A DNA stretch of 64,000 nt from Candidatus Bathyarchaeota archaeon (GTDB taxonomy: Archaea; Thermoproteota; Bathyarchaeia; Bathyarchaeales; Bathycorpusculaceae): NCBI GenBank assembly GCA_963717465.1, contig OY970340.1, positions 1,408,001 through 1,472,000 on the forward strand, given 5' to 3'. The notes under the pieces are model-generated. The model was given only the letters and a program-made list of their open reading frames with translations, was not told the origin of the DNA and made no database searches. Positions 1 to 8,920 of the stretch are shown here, piece by piece (within the stretch, counting starts at the first letter, position 1; the number at the start of each line of letters is the position of its first letter). The translations under genes were made by a program, and so were the position numbers.

Positions 1-351
1 AAATGAGAACATCAGCTGAACCGCTAACTGTGAAAGGCTTTTCGCATGGTTCTGCGCTCATTTACGCTGTCAATTTTGGAGCATTCAGGTTAGAATTTTT
101 GCAACAATGAGGCTAAAAGGGAGCAAATTCTGTACGTTGAAATGAAATTTTAAACATTATTTTGGATAAGTAAATTTGCCGTTTTTTTGCATTTTTCACC
201 TTGAAAAAAGCAGGAATAATTTAAAAATAAATGAAAATATGTATATAAATTCAAAATTGCTAATTTTAATATAAAAATGTAATAAAAACTATGTTAAAAT
301 ATTAACATAAAATGTGATAACCCTTATGAACTTCGAAAGCAATCCTATGGT

Positions 352-1311
352 ATGACACTGGGAAGTATACCCAAAACTGAAACCAGCACTGTAGCCCTGA
401 CCCAAACTCAAATCATCAAGGGTTATGCGCAGTTCATTTCAGCAGAACGTGGATTAATGCTTTTCATGTTAGTTGTAGGTTCAACTTTCATAACAGGTAA
501 TGCATTAAGTCTGGGCAATGCAGCAAGTTTGTGGCCAGCAGCAATCTATCTCGGATTAATCACTTTTTGCATATGGAGTGCAGCTGATGCAATGAACAAT
601 ATCTGCGATATGAACCTGGACGTTTATTCTGACCCTTTCAGAGCACAATTTACGAAAAGAATAGGCAAAACTGGATTGTATATCGCCATCGCGTTTACAG
701 TTTTAGCTCTGGTCTTAGGGGCAATTGCACTGAATCCCTACGTTTTCCTATTCACCGCAATCGGTCTTGGCATAGGTGCATTATATTCGGTTCCTCCGAT
801 AAGGCTAAGAAAAACACCTTTCAAAGCAATGGTTAACTTTTCTGTAGGCGGCGTGCCAATCGCGATCGTGGCAGCATACTTTGGTCTTTCATCAATAAAC
901 ATGATAACCTTGATTTTGCTCATGGGCATAACGATATCAGTATACAGTCTATGGGAAGACTTAGCGGATTTCGCATCAGACCTTGGCGGTGGCTCTCGCA
1001 CGGTTCCGATAATAATGGGCTTTAAGCGTGGCCTGGTTCTGACAGTAATACTGGGTTACGTAATAATGGGGTTGATGGCGCTCGTCGGAGTCATGTTTGG
1101 TCTTCAATGGTACTACTTCGGCGTTATCTTGTTTGTCGCGGTTTTCATTTCAGCTAGGCTTGTCCAAAAAAGAGATTTGTTAGTTAAAAAAGTAAAAGAA
1201 GATGCGACTCTTTACAAGCTAGGAGAGACTTTAGCCAGAGACTTTCTACTAGTAGCAGTAATTTTTACGATCACTCTAATGGTAAGTGGCTTATTGTTGA
1301 AAGTTAGCTAA
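352..1311 (+). CDS. UbiA-family prenyltransferase (multi-TM)
   Basis: Hydrophobic TM segments; Asp-rich motifs NNICDMNLD and EDLADFASD; LYSVPPIRL motif. Substrate cannot be assigned. Confidence 0.88.
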   Translation: MTLGSIPKTETSTVALTQTQIIKGYAQFISAERGLMLFMLVVGSTFITGNALSLGNAASLWPAAIYLGLITFCIWSAADAMNNICDMNLDVYSDPFRAQFTKRIGKTGLYIAIAFTVLALVLGAIALNPYVFLFTAIGLGIGALYSVPPIRLRKTPFKAMVNFSVGGVPIAIVAAYFGLSSINMITLILLMGITISVYSLWEDLADFASDLGGGSRTVPIIMGFKRGLVLTVILGYVIMGLMALVGVMFGLQWYYFGVILFVAVFISARLVQKRDLLVKKVKEDATLYKLGETLARDFLLVAVIFTITLMVSGLLLKVS

Positions 1312-1470
1312 CGACGCTATTCCTTTCGCCAACTTCTTTGTAGCACTTCTTTAGCTTTGCTTCTGCTGAAATTTCAGGTAAATTCTGTTCGATATTTCTC
1401 ACATATATACCTGCATGTTAGCAACTATTAATTACTACATTTGCTGTAAACACAGTTCAGTGATGTTAAC

Positions 1471-2112
1471 ATGTCTGAAAATTTCGCTAAAAAATGGGGA
1501 CAAAAAGAAAACAATAATGACTCGCTATCTCAAATGATTAGAGGCTCGCCTCCGCTGAAACCACGCTTAGACGTAGCGACAAGAAGACTCGACCTGCAAA
1601 TAAGCAAGCTTGATCAAGCTAACGAACGCTTCACTCAAAAAGACAGAGCATTGTTCACCAAGCTGGTTGATGCTTACCAGAAACACGATATGTCGCATGC
1701 CAACATGTATGCCACAGAATTAGCTGAAGTCCGCAAAATGTCCAAGTTAACAATGAACGCTAGACTTGCCTTAGATCAAGTGTCGTTTAGAATAAGAACT
1801 GTAACGGAGCTAGGAGACGTCGTTTCCACACTAGGACCTTGCGTGGGCGTGCTTAGAAATGTCAGCTCCAGCATGGGCGGTATACTGCCTGAAGCTGAAA
1901 ATGAACTAGGCGATATCGGTAACATGCTCAGTGGCTTAATGTTTGATGCCGGAGCAAGCAGCAGTGGAATGTCATTAAATTTCAACTCAGTAAATGAGGA
2001 CGCATCAAAAATCCTCGCAGAAGCAGCAGTAGTCGCAGAGCAGAAAGTCAACGCAAACTTCCCTGATATGCCACCAGGAATGCCAACTTCAACCAACAAG
2101 TCACACGTTTAA
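1471..2112 (+). CDS. ESCRT-III / Snf7-family protein (CdvB-like)
   Basis: Helical hairpin core (ANMYATELAEVRKM...LDQVSFRIRTVTELGDVV), acidic NEDASKILAEA helix and Pro-rich C-terminal FPDMPP (MIM2-like). Confidence 0.85.
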   Translation: MSENFAKKWGQKENNNDSLSQMIRGSPPLKPRLDVATRRLDLQISKLDQANERFTQKDRALFTKLVDAYQKHDMSHANMYATELAEVRKMSKLTMNARLALDQVSFRIRTVTELGDVVSTLGPCVGVLRNVSSSMGGILPEAENELGDIGNMLSGLMFDAGASSSGMSLNFNSVNEDASKILAEAAVVAEQKVNANFPDMPPGMPTSTNKSHV

Positions 2113-2127
2113 AGAATCCCCTCAGCC

Positions 2128-2139
2128 TTTCTTTTTTTT
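2128..2139 (+). terminator. Oligo-T archaeal terminator after the ESCRT-III gene
   Basis: tttctttttttt run 16 nt after the stop codon. Confidence 0.5.
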
Positions 2140-2203
2140 ATTGCTCTTCTAATCACGTTGTTAATCCAAATGCGCTAAAATCTAAGCAAATGAAAAACCA
2201 CTA

Positions 2204-2578
2204 TTATTCGATATTCTTTTGTTTAAGCTTCGTATTTATAACACTTAGCAATTTTTCAGGATTGATCGGCTTGCTCAGAAAAGCATCTGCGCCCTTGGCC
2301 TGATTTTTCAGTTGGATTTTACCCGTAAGCATAATTTTTACTGCTTTTGGTGATGATTTTTCAATTAATGGAATAAGTTCAATGCCTTCCATATCTGGAA
2401 GACAAAAATCAACAAGTGCAACATCAAAACGATTAGTGTGTAACTTTTCAATTGCTTCCTTGCCGTTTTTGGCAACAGTTACTGAAAAACCTTTATTCTG
2501 AAATATTTTATAAAAAACCCTTAATATTGAGGCGTCATCATCAACAATAAGCATAATCGGTTTGTATTTCATTAACAA
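2204..2578 (-). CDS. Stand-alone response regulator receiver protein (CheY-like)
   Basis: LIVDDD, phospho-acceptor LVDFCLPDMEG, IMLTG and FLSKP motifs. Confidence 0.92.
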   Translation of the reverse strand: MLMKYKPIMLIVDDDASILRVFYKIFQNKGFSVTVAKNGKEAIEKLHTNRFDVALVDFCLPDMEGIELIPLIEKSSPKAVKIMLTGKIQLKNQAKGADAFLSKPINPEKLLSVINTKLKQKNIE

Positions 2579-2830
2579 AGCAGAAAACGCCTATATTTTA
2601 TGAAGCAAGCCTTAACTAATAAATATTATGCTGGCTGCGAATTGCTGAAATGGCGCTGGGAGTTGGATTTGAAAGTTTGAGTTTGTGATGCTGAAGTGGG
2701 CGTGTTTGGCTCGTGGTTTCTGGTTTTAGGGGCAGGAGGAAAGGGCTTGGGAAATTTTGTGGTTCAATTGCTTTTGAACTGTTGCTTACTTTAGATTGAA
2801 TGTTGTTAGTTTTTCGGCGGTATTGTTTGG

Positions 2831-3315
2831 GTGGTTGTTCATGTGTGGGTGTGGAAATTTGATGGCCTGCCGTTGAGGGCAGTTTTCTCGCCCGGCAACA
2901 AGTTTGACGGACCGTTTCTTCCAAGGCTTATTGAAGATTTAGAGGCAGACTACATTTTAGCAGATGAAGCTTATTGCTCAAAGCGCAATTTTAAAGCCCG
3001 TCAGAGACATGGGAGCTGTGCCAGTCATCGCTAATAATCCCCGCAAGAAAGGGAAAAGTCATAAAATTGAGTCAGATGCACTCTTGAAGACTAAGCGTTA
3101 TGTGATTGAGCAGTTCAATGGACATATAAAGGACAATGTTTTGGGTGAATGCTGGCTTTGGCCAAGAGGCCTAGTGAAGAAGGCATCGATGGTTATGGCT
3201 GGTTTGATTTGTTACGATGTTGAGGCAGTGCGATCGCTTGTTGCTCGTGATGAAAGTCTAAAAAGCATAAGCAAGTACTGGGCTTGACCCAATAACAAAA
3301 GGTTATGGAGCCCTC
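2831..3315 (+). mobile_element. IS5/IS4-like DDE transposase remnant (C-terminal half, frameshifted) with a probable right end
   Basis: ILADEAYCS and KRYVIEQFNGHIK motifs split over ORFs 2831-3034 and 2964-3287 by an extra C (aaagcccgtc). Ends in ttatggagccctc; N-terminus and left end are missing. Confidence 0.75.
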
Positions 3316-3651
3316 AACGACACCAAACCAATGGTTTACGCGAGTACCAGCCCAGACCTGCTTAAAGATAACTTAACAGCAAACAGAATAAAAAACTAAT
3401 TGTGCACAGTTCTAAATGATAGAAAAACCCTTGAATTTTCAAAGGCTCTTGTCCCGATCCAACTAATATGCATAGTAACTGATTGCCTAAACCTAAAGGA
3501 AAAGCTCTTCTGGTGCAGCTTCGTGAGTTCAAATCCCCATTCTGCTCTATCATGGTAAAACATATAGCGAGCAATCCATAATCTCTAAAATTTATTGCAG
3601 ATAATTTAAAGTTGAATTAAGAAGAAAAAATAGTGCTTTTCTTTCTTGCGT

Positions 3652-3672
3652 TGGTGGGCCGCTGGGATTCAA
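3652..3672 (-). other. tRNA 3'-end-like fragment (possible att remnant)
   Basis: Minus strand reads TTGAATCCCAGCGGCCCACCA: T-loop end, 3' T-stem/acceptor strand and CCA. No 5' half is visible. Confidence 0.55.
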
Positions 3673-3945
3673 CGCACAATCGGTTAAGGGAATTAAAACC
3701 TAAGAAAAAAGAAGGAAAAAACGTGCAAACGGCGCACGCTCATGGTCGGTTCCCATCAAACCAACCAACGGCGCCTTGAAGAGTTTTTTCGAAAAAAGGA
3801 TTTTGCGAGAACATCCATTGCATGTGAGGTTTAAATCCTCACCCTTCTAGGGAAGACATCACGACCGCGGCTTTTCCACATACGATGTTTAACTTTTAAG
3901 TAGGCTTTAGTAATAGTTTATCTTTAACGATTAGTCGGTGACAAA

Positions 3946-4152
3946 ATGAAATTCGGTGTTGTAGTTGAAAAAGATGAAGATGGCTACTTCATTGCTTCGG
4001 TTCCGGAGTTGCCTAGTTGCCATTCTCAAGCCAAAACTCTTGATCAAGTAATGAAAAGGGTCAAGGAAGCCATTCAGGCTTATTTGGAAGCCAAAGGAGC
4101 TAAGAGCCACGTGCACACCGAACTCGTTGGGGTTCAGTTCGTAGAGGTTTAA
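3946..4152 (+). CDS. hicB: HicB-family antitoxin
   Basis: VVVEKDEDGYFIASVPELPSCHSQAKTLDQVMKRVKEAI is the HicB N-terminal signature. Confidence 0.9.
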   Translation: MKFGVVVEKDEDGYFIASVPELPSCHSQAKTLDQVMKRVKEAIQAYLEAKGAKSHVHTELVGVQFVEV

Positions 4153-4157
4153 GCTGA

Positions 4158-4205
4158 ATGAGCTTGAAACCACAATCGGCAAAAAAGATAATCAAGACCT
4201 GTTAA
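4158..4205 (+). pseudogene. hicA: HicA toxin N-terminal stub
   Basis: MSLKPQSAKKIIKTC* directly after hicB resembles a HicA N-terminus; the rest is absent. Confidence 0.55.
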
Positions 4206-4340
4206 AAATACTTCGGCAAATCAAGATTCAGTTCTGAAAAGCCTATTGTTGTTATTAAGGAATTGGTTGGCCTCACTATTTGTCTCTAAATTCATTGTGA
4301 GATAGGTTCTTATGATTGCTACTTCATCTTACTTTCTGGT

Positions 4341-4589
4341 ATGTTCATGGTAACTCGTAAATATGCTTTTTTGCTTGAGGCTGCTGAGGAAGGAGGCTTT
4401 GTAGTTAAATCTATTGAGCTCCCAGTTGCATCTCAAGGCGAAACTAGAGAAGAAGCCTTAAAGAACATTAAAGAAGCAATAGAAGGTTACTTGGAAGTCA
4501 AAGCCCAAATTCTCAAACGCAAAGTCAAGGTCGAAAAGGCTGAAGTAATTGTCGAAGCTCCCTCTTCTCTCTTGGCAGAAAATTGTTAA
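4341..4589 (+). CDS. hicB: HicB-family antitoxin
   Basis: AEEGGFVV...PVASQGETREEALKNIKEAIEGYLE. Confidence 0.9.
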   Translation: MFMVTRKYAFLLEAAEEGGFVVKSIELPVASQGETREEALKNIKEAIEGYLEVKAQILKRKVKVEKAEVIVEAPSSLLAENC

Positions 4590-4774
4590 GGCTCTTACTA
4601 AAGCCGGCTTTCAGGTTGTTTTGGCAAAAGGGAAGCCACTTGATTCTGGCTAAAGACGAAGTCATAGTTCCAGTTCCCAAGCATGACGAAATTAAACGCG
4701 GGCTGTTAATGGAAATCATTGCTGAAGCTGGTTTAACAAAAGAAGAATTCATTAAAATTTTAGAAACCGTGTAA
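4549..4774 (+). pseudogene. hicA: HicA toxin with +1 frameshift
   Basis: TTG at 4549 gives MSKLPLLSWQKIVKALTKAGFQVV. An extra T in the run at ~4619-4622 shifts to WQKGSHLILAKDEVIVPVPKHDEIKRGLLMEIIAEAGL (GSH catalytic motif). Confidence 0.8.
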
Positions 4775-4832
4775 CCCTCTGGCCTTCGAAGGACAATACC
4801 GTGTGCCCTTGATAAGAATCAATTATCTAATG

Positions 4833-5192
4833 TTATTCGAGCAGCAGTTTTTTCTGTTGGCTTTTTGTTCCTTTTATCAATTGCCCCTTTTTGATTATAT
4901 TATCTTTAAGTGTTGAAGGGACCTGCCTTATTTCCAACAAATCAACCGGCATTCTTAGCTCTCCTTCAATCTCTGAGTTCAAACGCAAAAAATCGTCAAA
5001 ACCAACCTGAGGATCAGTATAAACCGCAACATCAACGTCTCGAACAACCGCTCGTCTCGTTATGCTGCCAAAAAGCCAAGCAAGTTTGACGACTTTTTTT
5101 TCATCGAGAAAAAACTTCAATCTACTGACTAAACGAGCTTTCTGTTCTACACTTAAATTGTAATAATAAACTCGGTCATAAACCATTTCCAT
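4833..5192 (-). CDS. Minimal nucleotidyltransferase (MNT) antitoxin
   Basis: AWLFGSITR..RDVDVAV (GS..DxD) and PVDL motifs. Start re-set to the ATG at 5192, which overlaps the HEPN stop. Confidence 0.85.
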   Translation of the reverse strand: MEMVYDRVYYYNLSVEQKARLVSRLKFFLDEKKVVKLAWLFGSITRRAVVRDVDVAVYTDPQVGFDDFLRLNSEIEGELRMPVDLLEIRQVPSTLKDNIIKKGQLIKGTKSQQKKLLLE

Positions 5193-5604
5193 ACTTATCC
5201 CCAACAATCTCCAAGAATTTATCAACGCCCCTAAAATCATTCTTAATGGAATTGTAAACACGCTCATCATCAATAACCCAATAATGATGAGCCAGCAAAT
5301 TCCTAAGCCGAACGAGCGGACGAAGATCCTTTGCACAGTCGCTACAAACGCCTTGCTCATCAAGGAACGTGAAGCATTCAGAGTATGAAAAAGGGGTCTG
5401 GCTAAATTCTTCAGTGGCTATATGCAGGCAAATCGAGCCCAACGCCTCAGCTAGAACTATTACATGATATCTGATAGCGTATTTCGTTTCCAAGTTCAGC
5501 TCTACGAAAGGCTTTGAAGTTAGCCTCTTTAGCTCTGCTTTCGCGCCTAAAACCTCAGCAATCCGCTGTTTAAGCTGGTTAACGTCAACGGGCATTTTTA
5601 CCAA
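5176..5604 (-). CDS. HEPN (DUF86) RNase toxin
   Basis: RLRNLLAHHYWVID contains the RxxxxH motif; paired with MNT. Confidence 0.88.
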   Translation of the reverse strand: MVKMPVDVNQLKQRIAEVLGAKAELKRLTSKPFVELNLETKYAIRYHVIVLAEALGSICLHIATEEFSQTPFSYSECFTFLDEQGVCSDCAKDLRPLVRLRNLLAHHYWVIDDERVYNSIKNDFRGVDKFLEIVGDKYGNGL

Positions 5605-5687
5605 AATACACTATCTTAAGTTGAGCATATTACTGTTACTCTAACTTCAATTCAGCGCAATGATGCTATTTTCAAGATCTTAAAACG

Positions 5688-5870
5688 TTGGCTGAGGAGC
5701 TCCCAAAACTACGCCTTGCTGTTGAAGAGTTAGCTGAAACTCTGGAAGTTCTAAGCGATAAAAAACTGATTAAAAGCATTGACGCCAGCTCTAAAGACAT
5801 CAAGGAGGGCAGAGTATTCAGCTACAAGGAACTCCTCGCAGAGCTGAAAATTAATGAAAAAGAAATGTGA
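5688..5870 (+). CDS. RelB/Phd-like antitoxin (possibly N-truncated)
   Basis: LAETLEVLSDKKLIKSIDASSKDIKEGRVFSYKEL resembles the C-terminus of Phd/RelB-type antitoxins. Confidence 0.6.
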   Translation: MAEELPKLRLAVEELAETLEVLSDKKLIKSIDASSKDIKEGRVFSYKELLAELKINEKEM

Positions 5871-5907
5871 AATCCAGTTCACCAGAGAATTCCTTAAGCA
5901 ATCGTAA
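5854..5907 (+). pseudogene. RelE/ParE-like toxin N-terminal stub
   Basis: MKKKCEIQFTREFLKQS* overlaps the antitoxin end and matches the RelE beta1-alpha1 pattern. Confidence 0.5.
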
Positions 5908-5944
5908 TAAACCCTTTCACTCGTTTTTCTGGTTTTGATCAAGA

Positions 5945-6043
5945 GCCCAAGGTGATACGCTCGCAGAAGTCATGGACAACGTGAAAGAAGCCATAAGCCT
6001 CTACATAGAAACGCTTACAAAAAAAGAAAAGAAAGAAAGTTGA
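5945..6043 (+). pseudogene. hicB: HicB C-terminal fragment
   Basis: AQGDTLAEVMDNVKEAISLYIETL with no N-terminus (not in the ORF track). Confidence 0.7.
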
Positions 6044-6083
6044 AGAAGCAATAGAGAAACCCCCCTAAATTTCTACCATAGTT

Positions 6084-6111
6084 GGAGGTTCAAATCCCTC
6101 CTCGCCCGCTA
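6084..6111 (+). other. tRNA 3'-end-like fragment (T-arm plus acceptor strand)
   Basis: GGAGG-TTCAAAT-CCCTCC-TCGCCCGCTA. No 5' half upstream. Confidence 0.6.
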
Positions 6112-6159
6112 CTAATATCCCCAACCCATTTTTTGGCTTACTACCTACACCAATGCTTT

Positions 6160-6615
6160 TTAGAGCCTCATTTTCTTAGCCACTTCTTTAGGTATCGGAT
6201 TCTCGATGATTAGACCCCTCTCATTACATACTCTTGCTATGTGTTTGTCGTTGCTCACAATTACGGATATTTCATTTGTTTCCGCAATCGCGATTAAGGC
6301 CGCGTCAAAGGACCTGGCATTGTGAAGTTTGGCTATCTCTAAGGCTTTTCGGGTTGCATCGGCAGAAAGAGTTAGAAATCGTATTCTTGTGCTTCTAGTC
6401 AAGCCATCAAGCTTGTAGAATGCTTCTTGTCTTTCCACGCCATAACCCTCGACTAATGCATGATATGCTTCTAGCAAATTCGCTGTGGCGATCGCTGCAC
6501 TTACCTTGCCATGAACTGCATTCTGCAATAGTGGCCAACAGTATGGGTGTGCATCATGTTTCTGGAAAAGAGCATAAGAAAGGATGTCTGCGTCGATTAT
6601 TCTCATCGTATCCAA
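6160..6615 (-). CDS. vapC: VapC PIN-domain toxin
   Basis: IIDADIL, LLEAY, SFDAALIA and VSNDKH acidic PIN motifs. Confidence 0.88.
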   Translation of the reverse strand: MDTMRIIDADILSYALFQKHDAHPYCWPLLQNAVHGKVSAAIATANLLEAYHALVEGYGVERQEAFYKLDGLTRSTRIRFLTLSADATRKALEIAKLHNARSFDAALIAIAETNEISVIVSNDKHIARVCNERGLIIENPIPKEVAKKMRL

Positions 6616-6851
6616 GCCTTTTCACGTGAGAACGCCTTATCACGTGCTTCTGGACTACCACTTTTACAGGGTTCTCTTAGGGAACGAATTGCTAAATCGT
6701 CTTCTTCAACTAGCGGAATTAGCTCGATAGCGTCTTCCCTGGCGATTAATTCTAATTTACCATCCTCTAAAAGACCATATTTCTCCCTGATTTCTTTTGG
6801 TATGACTATACGTCCTTGCTTGTCAATTGCCACTTTCAATGGAATCACCAT
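6603..6851 (-). CDS. vapB: AbrB/MazE-fold antitoxin (VapB)
   Basis: IDKQGRIVIPKEIREKYGL, overlapping the PIN gene. Confidence 0.88.
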   Translation of the reverse strand: MVIPLKVAIDKQGRIVIPKEIREKYGLLEDGKLELIAREDAIELIPLVEEDDLAIRSLREPCKSGSPEARDKAFSREKAWIR

Positions 6852-6869
6852 ATACCATCACCACTTAAT

Positions 6870-7076
6870 TTACATATAATCCTTGCCTTTGACAGTTTTT
6901 GGAACTCGCATTCCAGCAATATCTTTCCATTTAATCTGAGAATTTTCTTCTTTTACTTCTGCAGGTATACGTTTTGCCGCTTCCCCAATAATCTCAAAAT
7001 TCCTTACCACTGCGTCTACAACAAGAGTATCCTTTACAAACTTTAGGATCAAATTTCTAATTTTAGAGGAAAACAA
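6870..7076 (-). pseudogene. HEPN (DUF86) fragment
   Basis: DAVVRNFEIIGEAAKRIP...WKDIAGMR, broken at the catalytic RxxxxH; N-terminus and cognate MNT are missing. Confidence 0.75.
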
Positions 7077-7124
7077 AAAAGAGCAGGAAGCTTTTTAATT
7101 AACAAAAAGTGCGGGCGTAGAATA

Positions 7125-7898
7125 ATGAAAATTCTGGTTTGCGGAAAAGGAGGAAGCGGAAAAAGCACAATTGCAGCTTTACTCGCAAAAAACTTGCTGC
7201 TCAAAGGTTACCGGGTTTTGGTTGTGGACGCTGATGAATCAAATTATGGCTTAAGCATTCAACTTGGACTCAATGATCCACAAGAACTTGTTGATTTTGT
7301 CGGCGGAAAAAAGACTGTTCAAGCAAAGATGACGCCTGGCCGCTCTCAGGATCAAAAGCCACCGGTGTTCACTGACCAGTGGAGCATCGAACAGATACCT
7401 TCGGATTGCATTTCAAAAGAAGGCAACCTCTACTTTTTGCAGGTAGGAAAAGTGAAACATTTTCAAGAAGGATGCGCATGCCCTATCGGCGTGCTATGTA
7501 AAGACTTCTTAACTCGCCTTAAATTGACATCAAAAGATTTTGTCATAGTTGACGCTGAAGCAGGCGTAGAACATTTAAGCCGAGGCATAGCAAGCAGCAT
7601 AGACATGATCTTAGCTATCTTGGACCCATCGTATGAGTCAATCAGATTGTCAGAAAAAATTTCAGACATGGCAAAAGAAGCCCACAAGTCAATTTACTTT
7701 ATCTTAAACAAGACAGATAATGAAAGCAAGAACAAAATGATTTCCCAATTGGGCAATAGCCGAATCATCGGCACTATCACATTTAGCAAAGCCATTCAGG
7801 ACGCTGGTTTAAGCGGCAAAGCACTAGATACGACTATTGTTGATCTTAGAGAAGTAACAGAATTTATCGTTAGCCTGCAACAAAATGCTAAAGCGTAA
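7125..7898 (+). CDS. cooC: CooC-like Ni-insertion ATPase (CO dehydrogenase maturation family)
   Basis: Deviant Walker A GKGGSGKST, VVDADESN, Ni-binding GCACP and DAEAGVEHLSRG. Confidence 0.88.
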   Translation: MKILVCGKGGSGKSTIAALLAKNLLLKGYRVLVVDADESNYGLSIQLGLNDPQELVDFVGGKKTVQAKMTPGRSQDQKPPVFTDQWSIEQIPSDCISKEGNLYFLQVGKVKHFQEGCACPIGVLCKDFLTRLKLTSKDFVIVDAEAGVEHLSRGIASSIDMILAILDPSYESIRLSEKISDMAKEAHKSIYFILNKTDNESKNKMISQLGNSRIIGTITFSKAIQDAGLSGKALDTTIVDLREVTEFIVSLQQNAKA

Positions 7899-8026
7899 AG
7901 AACCTTTTAACTGCTCTATCATAACAATCATGCTTGTTAATTGGAAAAGATTATGTTATATTAAAGACAATGTTTTGCTTAGAAAAATATTAAATAATGT
8001 CCAAGTAAAAAAAAAAATAAGTTTTT

Positions 8027-8914
8027 ATGGGGACTATCATGAGTGAGACAATTGATAAACTTACCAAAGTTAAGCTGAACAATCTTAACAAAATCCTATA
8101 CCCAAAAGGCAATGTTACAAAAGCACAGGTGATTGAGCATTACATTCGTTCAGCTCCAAAAATACTGGGTATAATTTCTGATCGACCCTTAGTTTTAACA
8201 AGATACCCCGATGGGGTTGGCAAGGATAAGGTGAATTTTTATGAAAAAAACGCGCCAGAGGGCAAGCCATCATGGGTGAAAACAGCGAGAATCTATTCGG
8301 AGACAGCTAAACGTGAGGTAGATTACATTTTGTGTAATGATCTTGATACGCTTATTTGGTTGGCAAACCTTGCAGCGTTAGAAATTCATATGCCCTTTTC
8401 CAGGTTTAGGTCGCGTGAGTTTCCCGATTTCCTATTTTTCGATGTAGATCCTGAACCGCCGGCTTCTATGGATGAGGCGGTTATAGTTTCGCTTGCTCTA
8501 AAGGATAAACTTTTAGCCAAAGGGCTTAAACCTTACATTAAAACTTCAGGTAAAAAAGGCCTTCACGTGGTTGTTCCGATATTTCCTAAGCTTTCTTTTG
8601 AGCAGACCCGCATGTTTGTGCATGAGATTGGAATTGAGTTGGCTAAAGAAAGTCAGATAGTTGTTTCAGAGTTTAAGGATACTAAAAAACCGGGTAAGGT
8701 CTTTGTGGATTACTTGCAGAATTCTCTTGGGCGTACGATGGTTGTTCCTTATAGTTTAAGGGCTACGCCTGAAGCTTCGGTTTCGGCGCCTTTGGAGTGG
8801 AGTGAAGTCAGGAAAGGATTAAACCCTTCGGAATTCAATATTTTTAGTGTGGTTAAGCGTAAGCGTGACCCGTGGAATGGAATTTTAGATGAAAGATGTA
8901 AACTTGAGGTGTGA
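8027..8914 (+). CDS. NHEJ primase-polymerase (stand-alone LigD POL domain)
   Basis: LNNLNKILYP, RPLVLTRYPDG, FDVDP (DxD), KTSGKKGLHV, FVDYLQN and PYSLRA motifs. Confidence 0.93.
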   Translation: MGTIMSETIDKLTKVKLNNLNKILYPKGNVTKAQVIEHYIRSAPKILGIISDRPLVLTRYPDGVGKDKVNFYEKNAPEGKPSWVKTARIYSETAKREVDYILCNDLDTLIWLANLAALEIHMPFSRFRSREFPDFLFFDVDPEPPASMDEAVIVSLALKDKLLAKGLKPYIKTSGKKGLHVVVPIFPKLSFEQTRMFVHEIGIELAKESQIVVSEFKDTKKPGKVFVDYLQNSLGRTMVVPYSLRATPEASVSAPLEWSEVRKGLNPSEFNIFSVVKRKRDPWNGILDERCKLEV

Positions 8915-8920
8915 ACCAAT

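Noticed and set aside
2616..2924. 102-aa minus-strand ORF and G/T-skewed tract
   Set aside because: Low complexity, no motif, and partly antisense to the transposase remnant.
5193..5363. N-terminal extension of the 176-aa MNT ORF
   Set aside because: It overlaps the HEPN gene in another frame; the ATG at 5192 gives a normal-sized MNT.
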